The position numbers were made by a program, and so were the translations under genes. The notes beneath the pieces are model-generated. The model saw only the letters and a program-made list of their open reading frames with translations, was not told where the DNA came from and ran no database searches. DNA of 64,000 nucleotides, from the NCBI GenBank assembly GCA_041576815.1, contig JBFGKE010000007.1, positions 43,311 through 107,310 of the forward strand. Direction: 5' to 3'. Positions 35,175-44,106 of this stretch are shown piece after piece (within the stretch, counting starts at the first letter, position 1; each line of letters starts with the position of its first letter). This DNA is from Polyangiales bacterium. Lineage in GTDB: Bacteria; Myxococcota_A; Polyangia; Polyangiales; Houyiibacteriaceae.

Positions 35175-36926
35175 ATGGCCCAGATGGTTGGAGGAGAGGC
35201 GCTGGCTCGCATGTTGGCCGCTGAAGGCGTCGAGGTCGTGTTCGGAATCGTCGACGGCACGTACATGGGTTTTTTCGGGAGCTTCGACAAACACGGGATT
35301 CGACTCGTCTCGCCGCGGCACGAAACCAGCGCGGCACACATGGCGGGCGCATACTCTCGCCTCACTGGGAAGCTCGGCGTTTGCATGGCTTCGAACGGAC
35401 CGGGGGTTGCGAACATCTTGCCGGGCGTGGCGGTCGAAAACGGCGAAGGCAATCGCGTGCTCTTGATCACCTCGAGCCGTCGAACGCCGATCGCCTATCC
35501 CGACCGCGGCGGCACGTATCAGTACTTCAACCAAACCGGAGTCACGCGTGCGATGACCAAATGGAGCGGGGCGGTGCCCTCGTTCGAGAGGCTCCCGGAG
35601 ATGTTTCGGCGCGCAGCGCGGATCAGCTGGACCGGCCGACCCGGAGTCGTTCATCTGGACGTTCCTGAGACCGTGATGAACGGCATCTTCGAAACCGACG
35701 CCATCGACCTTCGGCCGCCGCAGGCCTACCGCCGGACTCAACCGATCGAGCCAGCCAGGAAACAGGTCGAGCAGGCCGCCGAGCTCCTTCGAAACGCAGA
35801 GCGTCCGCACGTGCATGCCGGCAGCGGCGTTCTTCACGCCCAGGCATCGGCAGCGCTGAAGACCGTGGCAGAGGCGCTCGGCTGTCCCATCACGACGAGC
35901 TGGGCCGGGCGCGGCGCCCTCCCGGACAAGCACGAGCAACTCCTCCCGATTTGGGCAATGGACCCGATCAACGAGGCGCGCAGCACGGCGGACGCGGTGC
36001 TGGTGGTCGGCTCGCGTCTCGGCGAGACAGACTGGTGGGGCAAGCCCCCGTACTGGGGTAAACCGGACGAGCAGAAGCTCATTCAAGTCGACATCGACGA
36101 CGAGATCCTCGGCTTGAACAAGGCCACCGAGCTCGCCATCGCCGGAGATGCCAACGCGTTTCTCTCGGCGCTCGGAAGTGAGCTCGCCAACTCCCCGCTG
36201 GACGAAGAAAGGCTTCGAGCGAACCGCGCTCGCACGGCAAGTCTGGTCGAAGGCCAAACCAAAGTGCGCGGTCAGCTCGACATGGCGCTTCAGAACGCCG
36301 CGAGCCCGATGCACAGCGCACACGTGCCGACGACCTGCCAACGCGTGTTTGGCGACGACGCCGTCTATGTCTTCGACGGCGGCAACGCGACGGTGTGGGC
36401 GAGCTTCTTCTCCGAGATCAACCGGCCGGACGCGTTGCTGTCGACGTTCAAATTCGGAATGCTCGGGGCCGGCGTGTCACAGGCCTTGGCGGGCCAAATC
36501 GCGCGGCCGGACGCCAAGGTAGTCTGCATCATCGGCGACGGCGCGATGGCCTTCCACGTGCAGGAGCTGGAATCCGCGCTGCGGCACGAGCTGCCGGTCA
36601 TCTATCTCGTCCTCTGCGACAAGCAGTGGGGGATGGTGAAGCTGACGCAGTCGATCGGGCTCGGCATGCTGCGGCCGGTGATCGGCACCGAGCAGCAGGG
36701 CACGATCAACGCCGACTTCGAGGAGATCGCCTTCGACAAAGTCGCCGAGGCGATGGGCTGCCACGGCGAGCGTGTTTCGGACCCAGCGGACCTCGAGGCG
36801 GCGCTTCAAAGATGCGTGGAATCTGGGAAGCCCGCGGTCGTGCACGTGGACGTCGATCCAAACATGCACCTGTTCGCCCCCGGGCTTCAGGAGTTCAAGG
36901 CGATGCATCAGGAGCCCGGCGGCTGA
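35175..36926 (+). CDS. Thiamine-diphosphate-dependent enzyme (acetolactate-synthase-like family)
   Basis: AGGAAGGA precedes ATG 35175. GEALARMLAAEGVEVVFGI, ETSAAHMAGAYSRLTGKLGVCMASNGPGVANILPGV, and IIGDGAMAF (ThDP-binding GDG). Confidence 0.85.
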   Translation: MAQMVGGEALARMLAAEGVEVVFGIVDGTYMGFFGSFDKHGIRLVSPRHETSAAHMAGAYSRLTGKLGVCMASNGPGVANILPGVAVENGEGNRVLLITSSRRTPIAYPDRGGTYQYFNQTGVTRAMTKWSGAVPSFERLPEMFRRAARISWTGRPGVVHLDVPETVMNGIFETDAIDLRPPQAYRRTQPIEPARKQVEQAAELLRNAERPHVHAGSGVLHAQASAALKTVAEALGCPITTSWAGRGALPDKHEQLLPIWAMDPINEARSTADAVLVVGSRLGETDWWGKPPYWGKPDEQKLIQVDIDDEILGLNKATELAIAGDANAFLSALGSELANSPLDEERLRANRARTASLVEGQTKVRGQLDMALQNAASPMHSAHVPTTCQRVFGDDAVYVFDGGNATVWASFFSEINRPDALLSTFKFGMLGAGVSQALAGQIARPDAKVVCIIGDGAMAFHVQELESALRHELPVIYLVLCDKQWGMVKLTQSIGLGMLRPVIGTEQQGTINADFEEIAFDKVAEAMGCHGERVSDPADLEAALQRCVESGKPAVVHVDVDPNMHLFAPGLQEFKAMHQEPGG

Positions 36927-37900
36927 TGGGCGGGAGCCCCGCGGTCTTGGTGACCGGGGCGGCCGGCTACGTGGGTCGCCTCTGCATCAACGCGCTGGCC
37001 GAGCGGAGGGACGAGCTGTCCGCGCTCGTCGCGCTCGACTGGACGGCGGTCGATGCTGCCGACCGGCTCGATGGAGTCGCGTACGAGCAGGCGGACATCT
37101 GCGACCCCGCCCTCGGCGAGCTGTTCGGGAAACACGGCATCGACACGGTGATTCATCTGGCTTCGATCGTGCGGGCGCCGAAGGGAGCGCCAAAGGACCT
37201 GGCCTATCGCGTCGACGTGCTCGGTACGAAGAACGTCCTCGGAGCCTGCGAAGCTGCACACGCCAAGCGTCTCATCGTGACCTCGAGCGGCGCGGCGTAC
37301 GGATATCACCCGGACAACCCCGAGTGGCTCGACGAGAGCGATCCGCTTCGCGGCAACGAGGAATTCGAGTACTCGAAGAACAAACGTCTGGTGGAAGCCA
37401 TGCTGGCCCGCTGGCGCGAGGAACGGCCGGAGCTTCGGCAGATCGTTTTTCGGCCGGGCACCGTCGTAGGGGCGGGCGTGCATAGCCCCGTAACCGATCT
37501 TTTCGAGAAGCCGGTCGTGCTCGGCATCGCAGGATCGGATTCGCCGTTCGTCTTCATCTGGGATCAGGATCTGGTCGCGTGTCTGGTCGACGCCGTTTTC
37601 TCGGAAAAAGTCGGAATCTACAATCAAGCCGGCGACGGCGCGCTGACGCCACGCGAGATCGCGGAAATGCTCGGGAAGCCCTACGTTCCACTTCCCGCGA
37701 CCGCCGTGAAGGCGATCCTCTGGGCGTTGAAGGGGCTCGGCATCACGGAGAACGGACCGGAGCGCGTTGCGTTTCTTCGGTACCGCCCGGTGCTGTCGAA
37801 CCGGCGCCTCAAAGAGGAGTACGGTTACACACCTAAGCTCACCAGCCGCGAGGCGTTCGAGCTCTACGCACGAGCACGAGGTCTTCTTGGCGCGCCGTGA
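36926..37900 (+). CDS. NAD-dependent epimerase/dehydratase (extended SDR; 3-beta-HSD-like fold)
   Basis: ATG overlaps the upstream TGA (TGATG). VLVTGAAGYVG Rossmann motif and YSKNK (YxxxK). Confidence 0.8.
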   Translation: MGGSPAVLVTGAAGYVGRLCINALAERRDELSALVALDWTAVDAADRLDGVAYEQADICDPALGELFGKHGIDTVIHLASIVRAPKGAPKDLAYRVDVLGTKNVLGACEAAHAKRLIVTSSGAAYGYHPDNPEWLDESDPLRGNEEFEYSKNKRLVEAMLARWREERPELRQIVFRPGTVVGAGVHSPVTDLFEKPVVLGIAGSDSPFVFIWDQDLVACLVDAVFSEKVGIYNQAGDGALTPREIAEMLGKPYVPLPATAVKAILWALKGLGITENGPERVAFLRYRPVLSNRRLKEEYGYTPKLTSREAFELYARARGLLGAP

Positions 37901-38702
37901 GCTTCGCGGGCGCACGGTGGTCATCACCGGAGGCGCGGGCGGCATCGGGCGCGCGCTCGGCCGACGATTTGGTGCGGAAGGCGCGCGGATCGCCCTTCTC
38001 GACCTTCCATCGAGCCCACTGGACGCTGCGCAACGAGAGCTCGAGCTCGCTGGAATTCGAGCCACGGCGGTGCTTTGTGACATCACGGACGTCGAGCAGG
38101 TCAACCAAGCGATGACAGCAGTGCGCAACGCGTTCGGCAGCATCGACGTGCTGATCAACAACGCCGGAATCGTGCACCGAAGCGCATTCGAGCAAACGAA
38201 GCCCGAGGTGTTCCGCCGCGTGATGGAGGTCAACTTTTTCGGAGCGCTGCACTGCACCAAGGCGTGTTTGCCGGATCTCGTCGCTTGCAAAGGCTTGATC
38301 ATCGCGATCTCGAGCATCGCGGGGCTCGCGCCGCTCTACGGTCGCAGTGGGTATTCGGCCTCGAAGCACGCGATGCACGGGCTGTTCGAAAGCCTCGGGT
38401 CGGAGATGGCGACCCGCGGCGTCGGCGTGCTGATGGTTTGTCCCTCGTTCGTCGATTCCGGCTTGGAAGCCTCGACCCTCGGCGGTGACGGCGAACGCAT
38501 CGAGAGGCCGCGGTCGAAGGTCGGGCGGCTCGGCGACCCGGCCGACGTGGCCGACGCGGTCGTGAAGGCCGCACAAACCGGACGGCGGCGCCTCGTGTTG
38601 ACGCCCGTCGGGAAGACGAGCGCGCTCTTGTCGCGGCTCGCGCCGGGGCTTTACGAACGGCTGATGATTCGAAGCCTCCGCTCTGAGCTCGAAGACACCT
38701 GA
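37887..38702 (+). CDS. Classical short-chain dehydrogenase/reductase
   Basis: TVVITGGAGGIGRA, NNAG and YSASKHAM. TTG at 37887 was chosen (14-nt overlap with the upstream gene). ATG at 37767 would overlap by 134 nt. Confidence 0.75.
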   Translation: MARRELRGRTVVITGGAGGIGRALGRRFGAEGARIALLDLPSSPLDAAQRELELAGIRATAVLCDITDVEQVNQAMTAVRNAFGSIDVLINNAGIVHRSAFEQTKPEVFRRVMEVNFFGALHCTKACLPDLVACKGLIIAISSIAGLAPLYGRSGYSASKHAMHGLFESLGSEMATRGVGVLMVCPSFVDSGLEASTLGGDGERIERPRSKVGRLGDPADVADAVVKAAQTGRRRLVLTPVGKTSALLSRLAPGLYERLMIRSLRSELEDT

Positions 38703-38712
38703 GCGGGTACGT

Positions 38713-39705
38713 TTAGCTTCGCGGTGCAGCCAGGCCTCGTACGGGATGTGCGCGGTACGGCGCTTCCAACATCGCGATCTCTTCTTCGCCGAGCTCGATG
38801 TCGGCGGCTGCGATCGCGTCGTCGAGGTGCCTCAGCTTGGTGGCGCCCACGATTGGAGCGGTGACGACGGGGTTCGAAAGCAGCCAAGCGAGCGCAATGC
38901 GGGCGGGCGGCTCACCCCGCTTCTCGGCGACTCGTTTGACGGCCTCGACCACTTCCCAATCCGACGGCTGATCGTAGAGGATCTGGTCGAGCCCGTCGCT
39001 CGAAGACCGGCTCGTGGAGCCATCGCCGAGCTTGCTCCGTGTCCCGGCAAGCATGCCGCGTGCGAGCGGTGACCACGGAATCACTGCAACATTCTCCGCT
39101 TCGCAAAGCGGTAGCATCTCGCGCTCCTCTTCGCGGTAGACGAGGTTGTAGTGGTTCTGCATGGACACGAAGCGTGCCAAGCCCCTTGCATCCGACATCG
39201 AAAGAAGCTTTTGGAACTGCCACGCGTACATGGAGCTCGCGCCGATGTATCGCACCTTACCCTGCGTGACGAGGTGATCGAGGGCAGCCAGCATCTCGTC
39301 GAAGGGCGTGTCCGGATCGAGGCGGTGAATCTGGTAGAGATCGATCGTCTCGACGCCGAGGCGCCGCAGGCTGTCCTCGCAGGCCTGCTGGATGTGCTTT
39401 CGTGAAAGCCCGCCCATGTTCGGGCGATCGCTCATGGGGAAGAACACCTTGGTCGCAACGACAATCTCGTCGAGGTTGCCGTACTCGCGAAGCCAGCGCC
39501 CGGTGACCTCTTCGCTGACCCCGAGCGAATACATGTCCGCGGTGTCGAAGAAGTTGATTCCCGCCTCGATGGCCCGCCGGAAGAACGGAGCCGACGCCTC
39601 CGCATCGAGCACCCAGGGCCGCCAGTCGGGCGTCCCGTAGCTCATGCATCCGAGACAAATACGCGACACCGACACCCCGGTTCGACCCAACTGCGTATAC
39701 CTCAT
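38713..39705 (-). CDS. Aldo/keto reductase
   Basis: MRYTQLGRTGVSVSRICLGCMSYG..., DTADMYS, and VIPWSPLARGML. ATG at 39705 chosen. The track start at 39840 only adds the translated 33-bp repeats. Confidence 0.85.
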   Translation of the reverse strand: MRYTQLGRTGVSVSRICLGCMSYGTPDWRPWVLDAEASAPFFRRAIEAGINFFDTADMYSLGVSEEVTGRWLREYGNLDEIVVATKVFFPMSDRPNMGGLSRKHIQQACEDSLRRLGVETIDLYQIHRLDPDTPFDEMLAALDHLVTQGKVRYIGASSMYAWQFQKLLSMSDARGLARFVSMQNHYNLVYREEEREMLPLCEAENVAVIPWSPLARGMLAGTRSKLGDGSTSRSSSDGLDQILYDQPSDWEVVEAVKRVAEKRGEPPARIALAWLLSNPVVTAPIVGATKLRHLDDAIAAADIELGEEEIAMLEAPYRAHPVRGLAAPRS

Positions 39706-39720
39706 CGCGCCGATACTACC

Positions 39721-39820
39721 CGAATTCATATAGGGGACAGTCCCCTTTTCGCGCGAACTTATATAGGGGACAGTCCCCTTTTCGCGCGAACTTATATAGG
39801 GGACAGTCCCCTTTTCGCGT
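39721..39820. repeat. 33-bp tandem array (~2.9 copies), each unit carrying GGGGACAGTCCCC and TTCGCGCGAA palindromes
   Basis: Units start at 39726, 39759 and 39792 (TTATATAGGGGACAGTCCCCTTTTCGCGCGAAC). There is 1 mismatch between units 1 and 2, and unit 3 diverges in its last 5 nt. Cores at 39733-45, 39766-78 and 39799-811. Located in the divergent AKR/sulfotransferase intergenic region. Confidence 0.9.
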
Positions 39821-39851
39821 GCGGTGGGGGTCGCGTGCATACTGCGGCGGC

Positions 39852-40766
39852 ATGCCGAAAGTGATCTACATCATCGGGTCGGGGCGGAACGGCAGCACCC
39901 TGCTCTCGCGGCTCATGGGGCAGGTGCCGGGTTGCTGGGCCGTCGGCGAAATTCGAAGCATCTGGACGCGGATGATGGACGACAACTACTGCGGCTGCGG
40001 CGAGCCGTTCTCCCACTGCGCCTTTTGGTCGCGCGTCGTCGAGCGCGCCTTTCAAGACGAGCCAGGGTTCGATGCGGCACGTGTGCGCCAGCTTGCGCTC
40101 CGGCTCGATCGCATTCGGAGGCTGCCCACGGTAATGCGCACCGACGGCCCCGCCGAGCTCGCCGAGCTTCGCCGTCTGATCGCTCGGCTCTACCGCGCCG
40201 TGGCAGCCGAGTCAGGGTGCAGCGTGGTCGTGGACTCCTCGAAGACGTTTGGGCATCTCGCGATCCTCCAAGGCATTCCCGAGCTCGAAATCACGCCGGT
40301 CCACCTCCTTCGCGACCCTCGCGGCGTCGCCTATTCATGGGCCAAGAGCAAGACGCGGCCCGATCACCACCACGGCGCGGAGTACATGCCACGTTACAGC
40401 CCCACGAGGACCGCGGTCATGGGCTATCTCAATCTGCTCGCAGAGGTGGTGCCGGCCTCGAGGCCCCTGACCATACGATACGAGGACCTCGTCGAGTCGC
40501 CCCGTCCGGTGCTCGAGTCGATTCTCGACGCCGCCGGCGTTCGTCCGACCCCGCGCCTCGACTTTCTCCACGGACACACGGCGGAGCTTCGCCCGGTCCA
40601 CACGGTCGCCGGAAACCCCAGCCGCATGGCGTCCGGCCCGACGGAGCTCAAGCTCGACGAGGAGTGGCGGCGTTCGATGAAAACCTCGGAGCGCGTCGCG
40701 GTCACGTGCCTCTCGGCGCCGCTCCTGCTTCGGTACGGCTACTGGCGCCGCAGGCCATCCGGCTAG
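39852..40766 (+). CDS. Sulfotransferase-family protein
   Basis: KVIYIIGSGRNGSTLLSRLMG is a PAPS 5'-phosphosulfate-binding-loop-like motif. VHLLRDPRGVAYS is a 3'-phosphate-binding-like block. Confidence 0.7.
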   Translation: MPKVIYIIGSGRNGSTLLSRLMGQVPGCWAVGEIRSIWTRMMDDNYCGCGEPFSHCAFWSRVVERAFQDEPGFDAARVRQLALRLDRIRRLPTVMRTDGPAELAELRRLIARLYRAVAAESGCSVVVDSSKTFGHLAILQGIPELEITPVHLLRDPRGVAYSWAKSKTRPDHHHGAEYMPRYSPTRTAVMGYLNLLAEVVPASRPLTIRYEDLVESPRPVLESILDAAGVRPTPRLDFLHGHTAELRPVHTVAGNPSRMASGPTELKLDEEWRRSMKTSERVAVTCLSAPLLLRYGYWRRRPSG

Positions 40767-41455
40767 CTCTTGCCATAGACGGGGACCAAAGCCCCGCGCG
40801 TGACGGTGTTCCGGGGCGAAGCCAGGAAGGCAATGGTGTCGGCGATCTGTTCGGGCTTGGGCCACGCGGCGAAATCCGCGGAAGGCATTGCCGAGCGGTT
40901 GACCTCCGTGTCGATGATGCTCGGCACGACGGCGTTGACCCAAATCGCCGACCCCGCAAGCTCTTCGGAAAGCGAAAGAGTGATCGCCGCAACTGCAGCC
41001 TTCGAAGCCGAATACGCTGTCATCTCGCCCGCCGGCACCAGAGCTGGCTTCGCAGCGACGTTGACGATCCGCCCCTCGCGCCCGCCCATCGCCTTCACCG
41101 CTTCACGGCACGAGAGAAAGCAAGTCGTCGCGTTCATCCGCATCAAGCGGTCCCACGCATCGAGGCTCGTCGACGCGATCGGTCCCATCGCAAAGCCGCC
41201 TGCGACGTGGACGCTCGAATAGAGAGAGGTCGTGGCGTCGAAGAGCCGCTGGGCGTCCGTCTCGCGCGTGAGATCGAGTCCCTCGTGGAGCTTCACCGCG
41301 GCGTGGTCCTTGTAAGGAAAGCGTCGGAGCTCCTCGTCCGAAAAACAGGGAACGTGCACGACGGCACCCGCCTCGACGAGGCAGCGCACGACCGCCGTGC
41401 CGAGCGCGCCGGTGCCACCGGTCACGACTGCCTCACGGCCCGAGAAGTCCTCCAT
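40763..41455 (-). CDS. Short-chain dehydrogenase/reductase
   Basis: AVVTGGTGALGTAV, YSASKAAV (YxxxK), and IWVNAVVPSIIDT. Confidence 0.85.
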   Translation of the reverse strand: MEDFSGREAVVTGGTGALGTAVVRCLVEAGAVVHVPCFSDEELRRFPYKDHAAVKLHEGLDLTRETDAQRLFDATTSLYSSVHVAGGFAMGPIASTSLDAWDRLMRMNATTCFLSCREAVKAMGGREGRIVNVAAKPALVPAGEMTAYSASKAAVAAITLSLSEELAGSAIWVNAVVPSIIDTEVNRSAMPSADFAAWPKPEQIADTIAFLASPRNTVTRGALVPVYGKS

Positions 41456-41531
41456 GGCCGAGAGCTTAGTCCACTAAGCCGCTTACCTCACGCGTCCGAT
41501 TGCCGGAACGAGTCCGCTCGGCCGATCGGCT

Positions 41532-42275
41532 TCAAAGTGTGAGCCGGAGTCCGTCTTGGGCGGTTGGCAGCTCCACTTCGTCCTTCCTTCTCAGCACGTC
41601 CTCGCTCATGTGTGTCAGGATGATGCGCTTGCACGTGAGACGCGAACGATGCTTCATGATCGTCCGATAGCTGTTGTGGAGCGGGACCTCACCGTCGAAC
41701 ACGTAGGATTCACAAACGAAGAGATCCGCCTCGTGTGACGCTTCGACGAGGGTGTCGGTCCATTGGGTATCGCCCGAATACACGAAGACTTTCTCTTCGA
41801 CCTTCACGCGCAGGCTATAGGAGGGCGCCCCGCTGAAGTGTGCGGCGGGGTACGCCGTCACCTCGACCTGGTCCACCTGGGTCGGTGTTCGGGGCTTGAG
41901 CTCGAGGAATCGCACGTCGAAGTTGGGCTCGACGCGGGAAGAACCCGGGAACAGCACTTCCATCGCGCGCATGAGGCGGTCCTCGAAGCCCGGCGGACCG
42001 ACGAGCGTGAGAGGCGCCGTTCGCTTGGAGACGAGCTGCGCGTCGAGCAAGAAGAAGGGAAGCCCACCGAAGTGATCGCCGTGCAGATGCGTGATCAACA
42101 CCTTGCTCACATCACGCGGATCGATCTGCTGCTGGCGCATCGCGATCAAGGACGAGGTACCGCAGTCGACCAAAAACAGATCGTCCGCCGTCCGTAGCGC
42201 GATACAGGTCTGAAAACGGCCGCCGCTGCCGAATGCATCGCCGCTTCCTACGAATTGAGCCTCGACCGTTCTCAT
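41532..42275 (-). CDS. Metallo-beta-lactamase-fold hydrolase (RNase Z-like subgroup)
   Basis: LITHLHGDHFGGLPFFLLD (HxHxDH) and later ILTHMS. Confidence 0.8.
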   Translation of the reverse strand: MRTVEAQFVGSGDAFGSGGRFQTCIALRTADDLFLVDCGTSSLIAMRQQQIDPRDVSKVLITHLHGDHFGGLPFFLLDAQLVSKRTAPLTLVGPPGFEDRLMRAMEVLFPGSSRVEPNFDVRFLELKPRTPTQVDQVEVTAYPAAHFSGAPSYSLRVKVEEKVFVYSGDTQWTDTLVEASHEADLFVCESYVFDGEVPLHNSYRTIMKHRSRLTCKRIILTHMSEDVLRRKDEVELPTAQDGLRLTL

Positions 42276-42427
42276 GGCTCCGCGGCTCGTGCCGCTCCTC
42301 TGAGGCCCAGTTCAAACCCGGACGCCTGGCCAGTCAAGGGGTTCCGGGCGCACGGCACGAGATTGGCGCTGACCGCTCGCGGGCAAACGTGTATGCTCCG
42401 AGGCCCGATTTGAGGACAGGAGTAACC

Positions 42428-44095
42428 ATGGCTGAACTTTCGCTCGCACTCGATGATGCCTACGGATGGGAAAAGGTCGCCCCCAATCGCCTTTGGATGA
42501 CCCAGCCAATCGGCAACGGCGAGGTGAAGACGTACACCTGGGCCGAGGCGATGGACGAGGTGCGCCGCATGGCCGCTCATCTGAAGTCGCTCGGGCTTCC
42601 GCCGGGCAGCCACATCGCGCAGATCTCGAAGAACTGCGCGCACTTCATCATGGCCGACCTCGCGATTTGGATGGCCGGCTACGTGAGCGTCGCCCTTTAT
42701 CCGACGCTCAATGCCGACACGATCGACTACATCCTCAAGCACAGCGAGTCGAAGCTCTTGTTCGTCGGCAAGCTCGACGGCTGGGACGAAATCAAAAAAG
42801 GCATTCCCGCCGACATGCCCTGCATCTCGTTCCCGCTCGCGCCCCCGAACGACTACCCGAAGTGGGACTCGATCATCGCGAAGACCGAGCCGATTCAGGG
42901 CAATCCGCGTCGCACGGCCGACGAGTTAGCGATCATCGTCTACACGTCGGGCAGTACCGGCAGGCCGAAGGGCGTCATGCACAGCTTTGGCGCGATTGCA
43001 GCCTCGGTGCAGGGCGCGGAGGAGGTCTTCGGAGCGACGCCGGAGGATCGCATGCTTTCCTATCTCCCGCTGGCGCACGTCTTCGAGCGTTTTTGCGTCG
43101 AGACGCAGGGGCTCAACACGGGGATGCAAATCTTCTTCGCGGAGTCGCTCGACACATTTGTGCAGGACCTCAACCGCGCGCAGCCGACCATCTTCGTATC
43201 GGTGCCGCGGCTCTGGCTGAAGTTCCAGCTCGGGGTGTTTCAAAAGCTGCCGCCCGAAAAGCTGAATCGACTCCTCAAGATCCCAATCCTGAATCGGGTG
43301 GTGAAAAAGAAGATCCTCACCAACCTCGGCCTGCAAGACGTACGACTCGCGGCCAGCGGCTCGGCGCCGATCCCGCCCGACCTCATCCAGTGGTACCGCA
43401 ACCTCGGGCTCGAGCTCCTCGAGGGCTATGGAATGAGCGAGGATTTCGCCTACTCGCACGCGAGCTTTCCGGGCAAAGGGCGAGTCGGATATGTCGGTAA
43501 CCCGATGCCGGGCGTCGACGTCAAGATCAGCGACGAGGGCGAGGTGCTGATCAAGTCCCCGGGCAACATGATGGGCTACTACAAGCAGCCCGAGCTGACG
43601 GCGGAGTGCTACACCGAGGATGGGTACTTCAAAACCGGCGATCGCGGTGAGCGAGACGAAGAAGGGCGCCTCAGAATCACGGGCCGCGTGAAAGAGCTCT
43701 TCAAGACCAGCAAGGGCAAGTACGTCGCCCCGGTACCGATCGAAAACCTCATCAACAACAGCGAGCACGTCGAGATGTCTTGCGTGAGCGGCTCGGGTCA
43801 TCCGCAGCCGTTCGCGCTGGTGCTGCCAGCCGAGGAGCTTCGGCACAAGCTGAAAGACGATAGCATTCGCTCGCGGATCGAAGCCGACCTCGAAGCTCTC
43901 CTCGAGGAGGTCAACAAAGAAGTCGAAGCCTTCGAGCGCCTGCAGTTCCTCGCGGTGGTGAAAGACCCGTGGCTGATCGAAAACGGCTTCCTGACTCCCA
44001 CGATGAAGATGAAACGAGGCCAGCTCGAGGACACCTACGCTCCGAAGGTCGACCAGTGGTACAGCGCCGGCCAGCGCGTCGTCTGGGAAGCCTAG
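42428..44095 (+). CDS. AMP-dependent acyl-CoA synthetase (long-chain fatty-acid--CoA ligase type)
   Basis: AGGAG precedes ATG 42428. IVYTSGSTGRPKGV (AMP-binding motif), EGYGMSE, YFKTGDRGERDEEG, and KGKYVAP. Confidence 0.9.
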   Translation: MAELSLALDDAYGWEKVAPNRLWMTQPIGNGEVKTYTWAEAMDEVRRMAAHLKSLGLPPGSHIAQISKNCAHFIMADLAIWMAGYVSVALYPTLNADTIDYILKHSESKLLFVGKLDGWDEIKKGIPADMPCISFPLAPPNDYPKWDSIIAKTEPIQGNPRRTADELAIIVYTSGSTGRPKGVMHSFGAIAASVQGAEEVFGATPEDRMLSYLPLAHVFERFCVETQGLNTGMQIFFAESLDTFVQDLNRAQPTIFVSVPRLWLKFQLGVFQKLPPEKLNRLLKIPILNRVVKKKILTNLGLQDVRLAASGSAPIPPDLIQWYRNLGLELLEGYGMSEDFAYSHASFPGKGRVGYVGNPMPGVDVKISDEGEVLIKSPGNMMGYYKQPELTAECYTEDGYFKTGDRGERDEEGRLRITGRVKELFKTSKGKYVAPVPIENLINNSEHVEMSCVSGSGHPQPFALVLPAEELRHKLKDDSIRSRIEADLEALLEEVNKEVEAFERLQFLAVVKDPWLIENGFLTPTMKMKRGQLEDTYAPKVDQWYSAGQRVVWEA

Positions 44096-44106
44096 AGCCC
44101 GGCTCG

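Noticed and set aside
39721-39820. Considered whether the 33-bp repeats are a CRISPR array
   Set aside because: The units are directly contiguous with no spacers, there are only ~3 copies, and no cas genes are in the window.
39706-39840. N-terminal extension of the aldo/keto reductase ORF (MHATPTAREKGTVPYISSREKGTVPYISSREKGTVPYMNSGSIGA)
   Set aside because: The extension is simply the translated 33-bp tandem palindromic repeats. The AKR family N-terminus (MRYTQLG..) begins at ATG 39705, so the repeats are treated as intergenic DNA.
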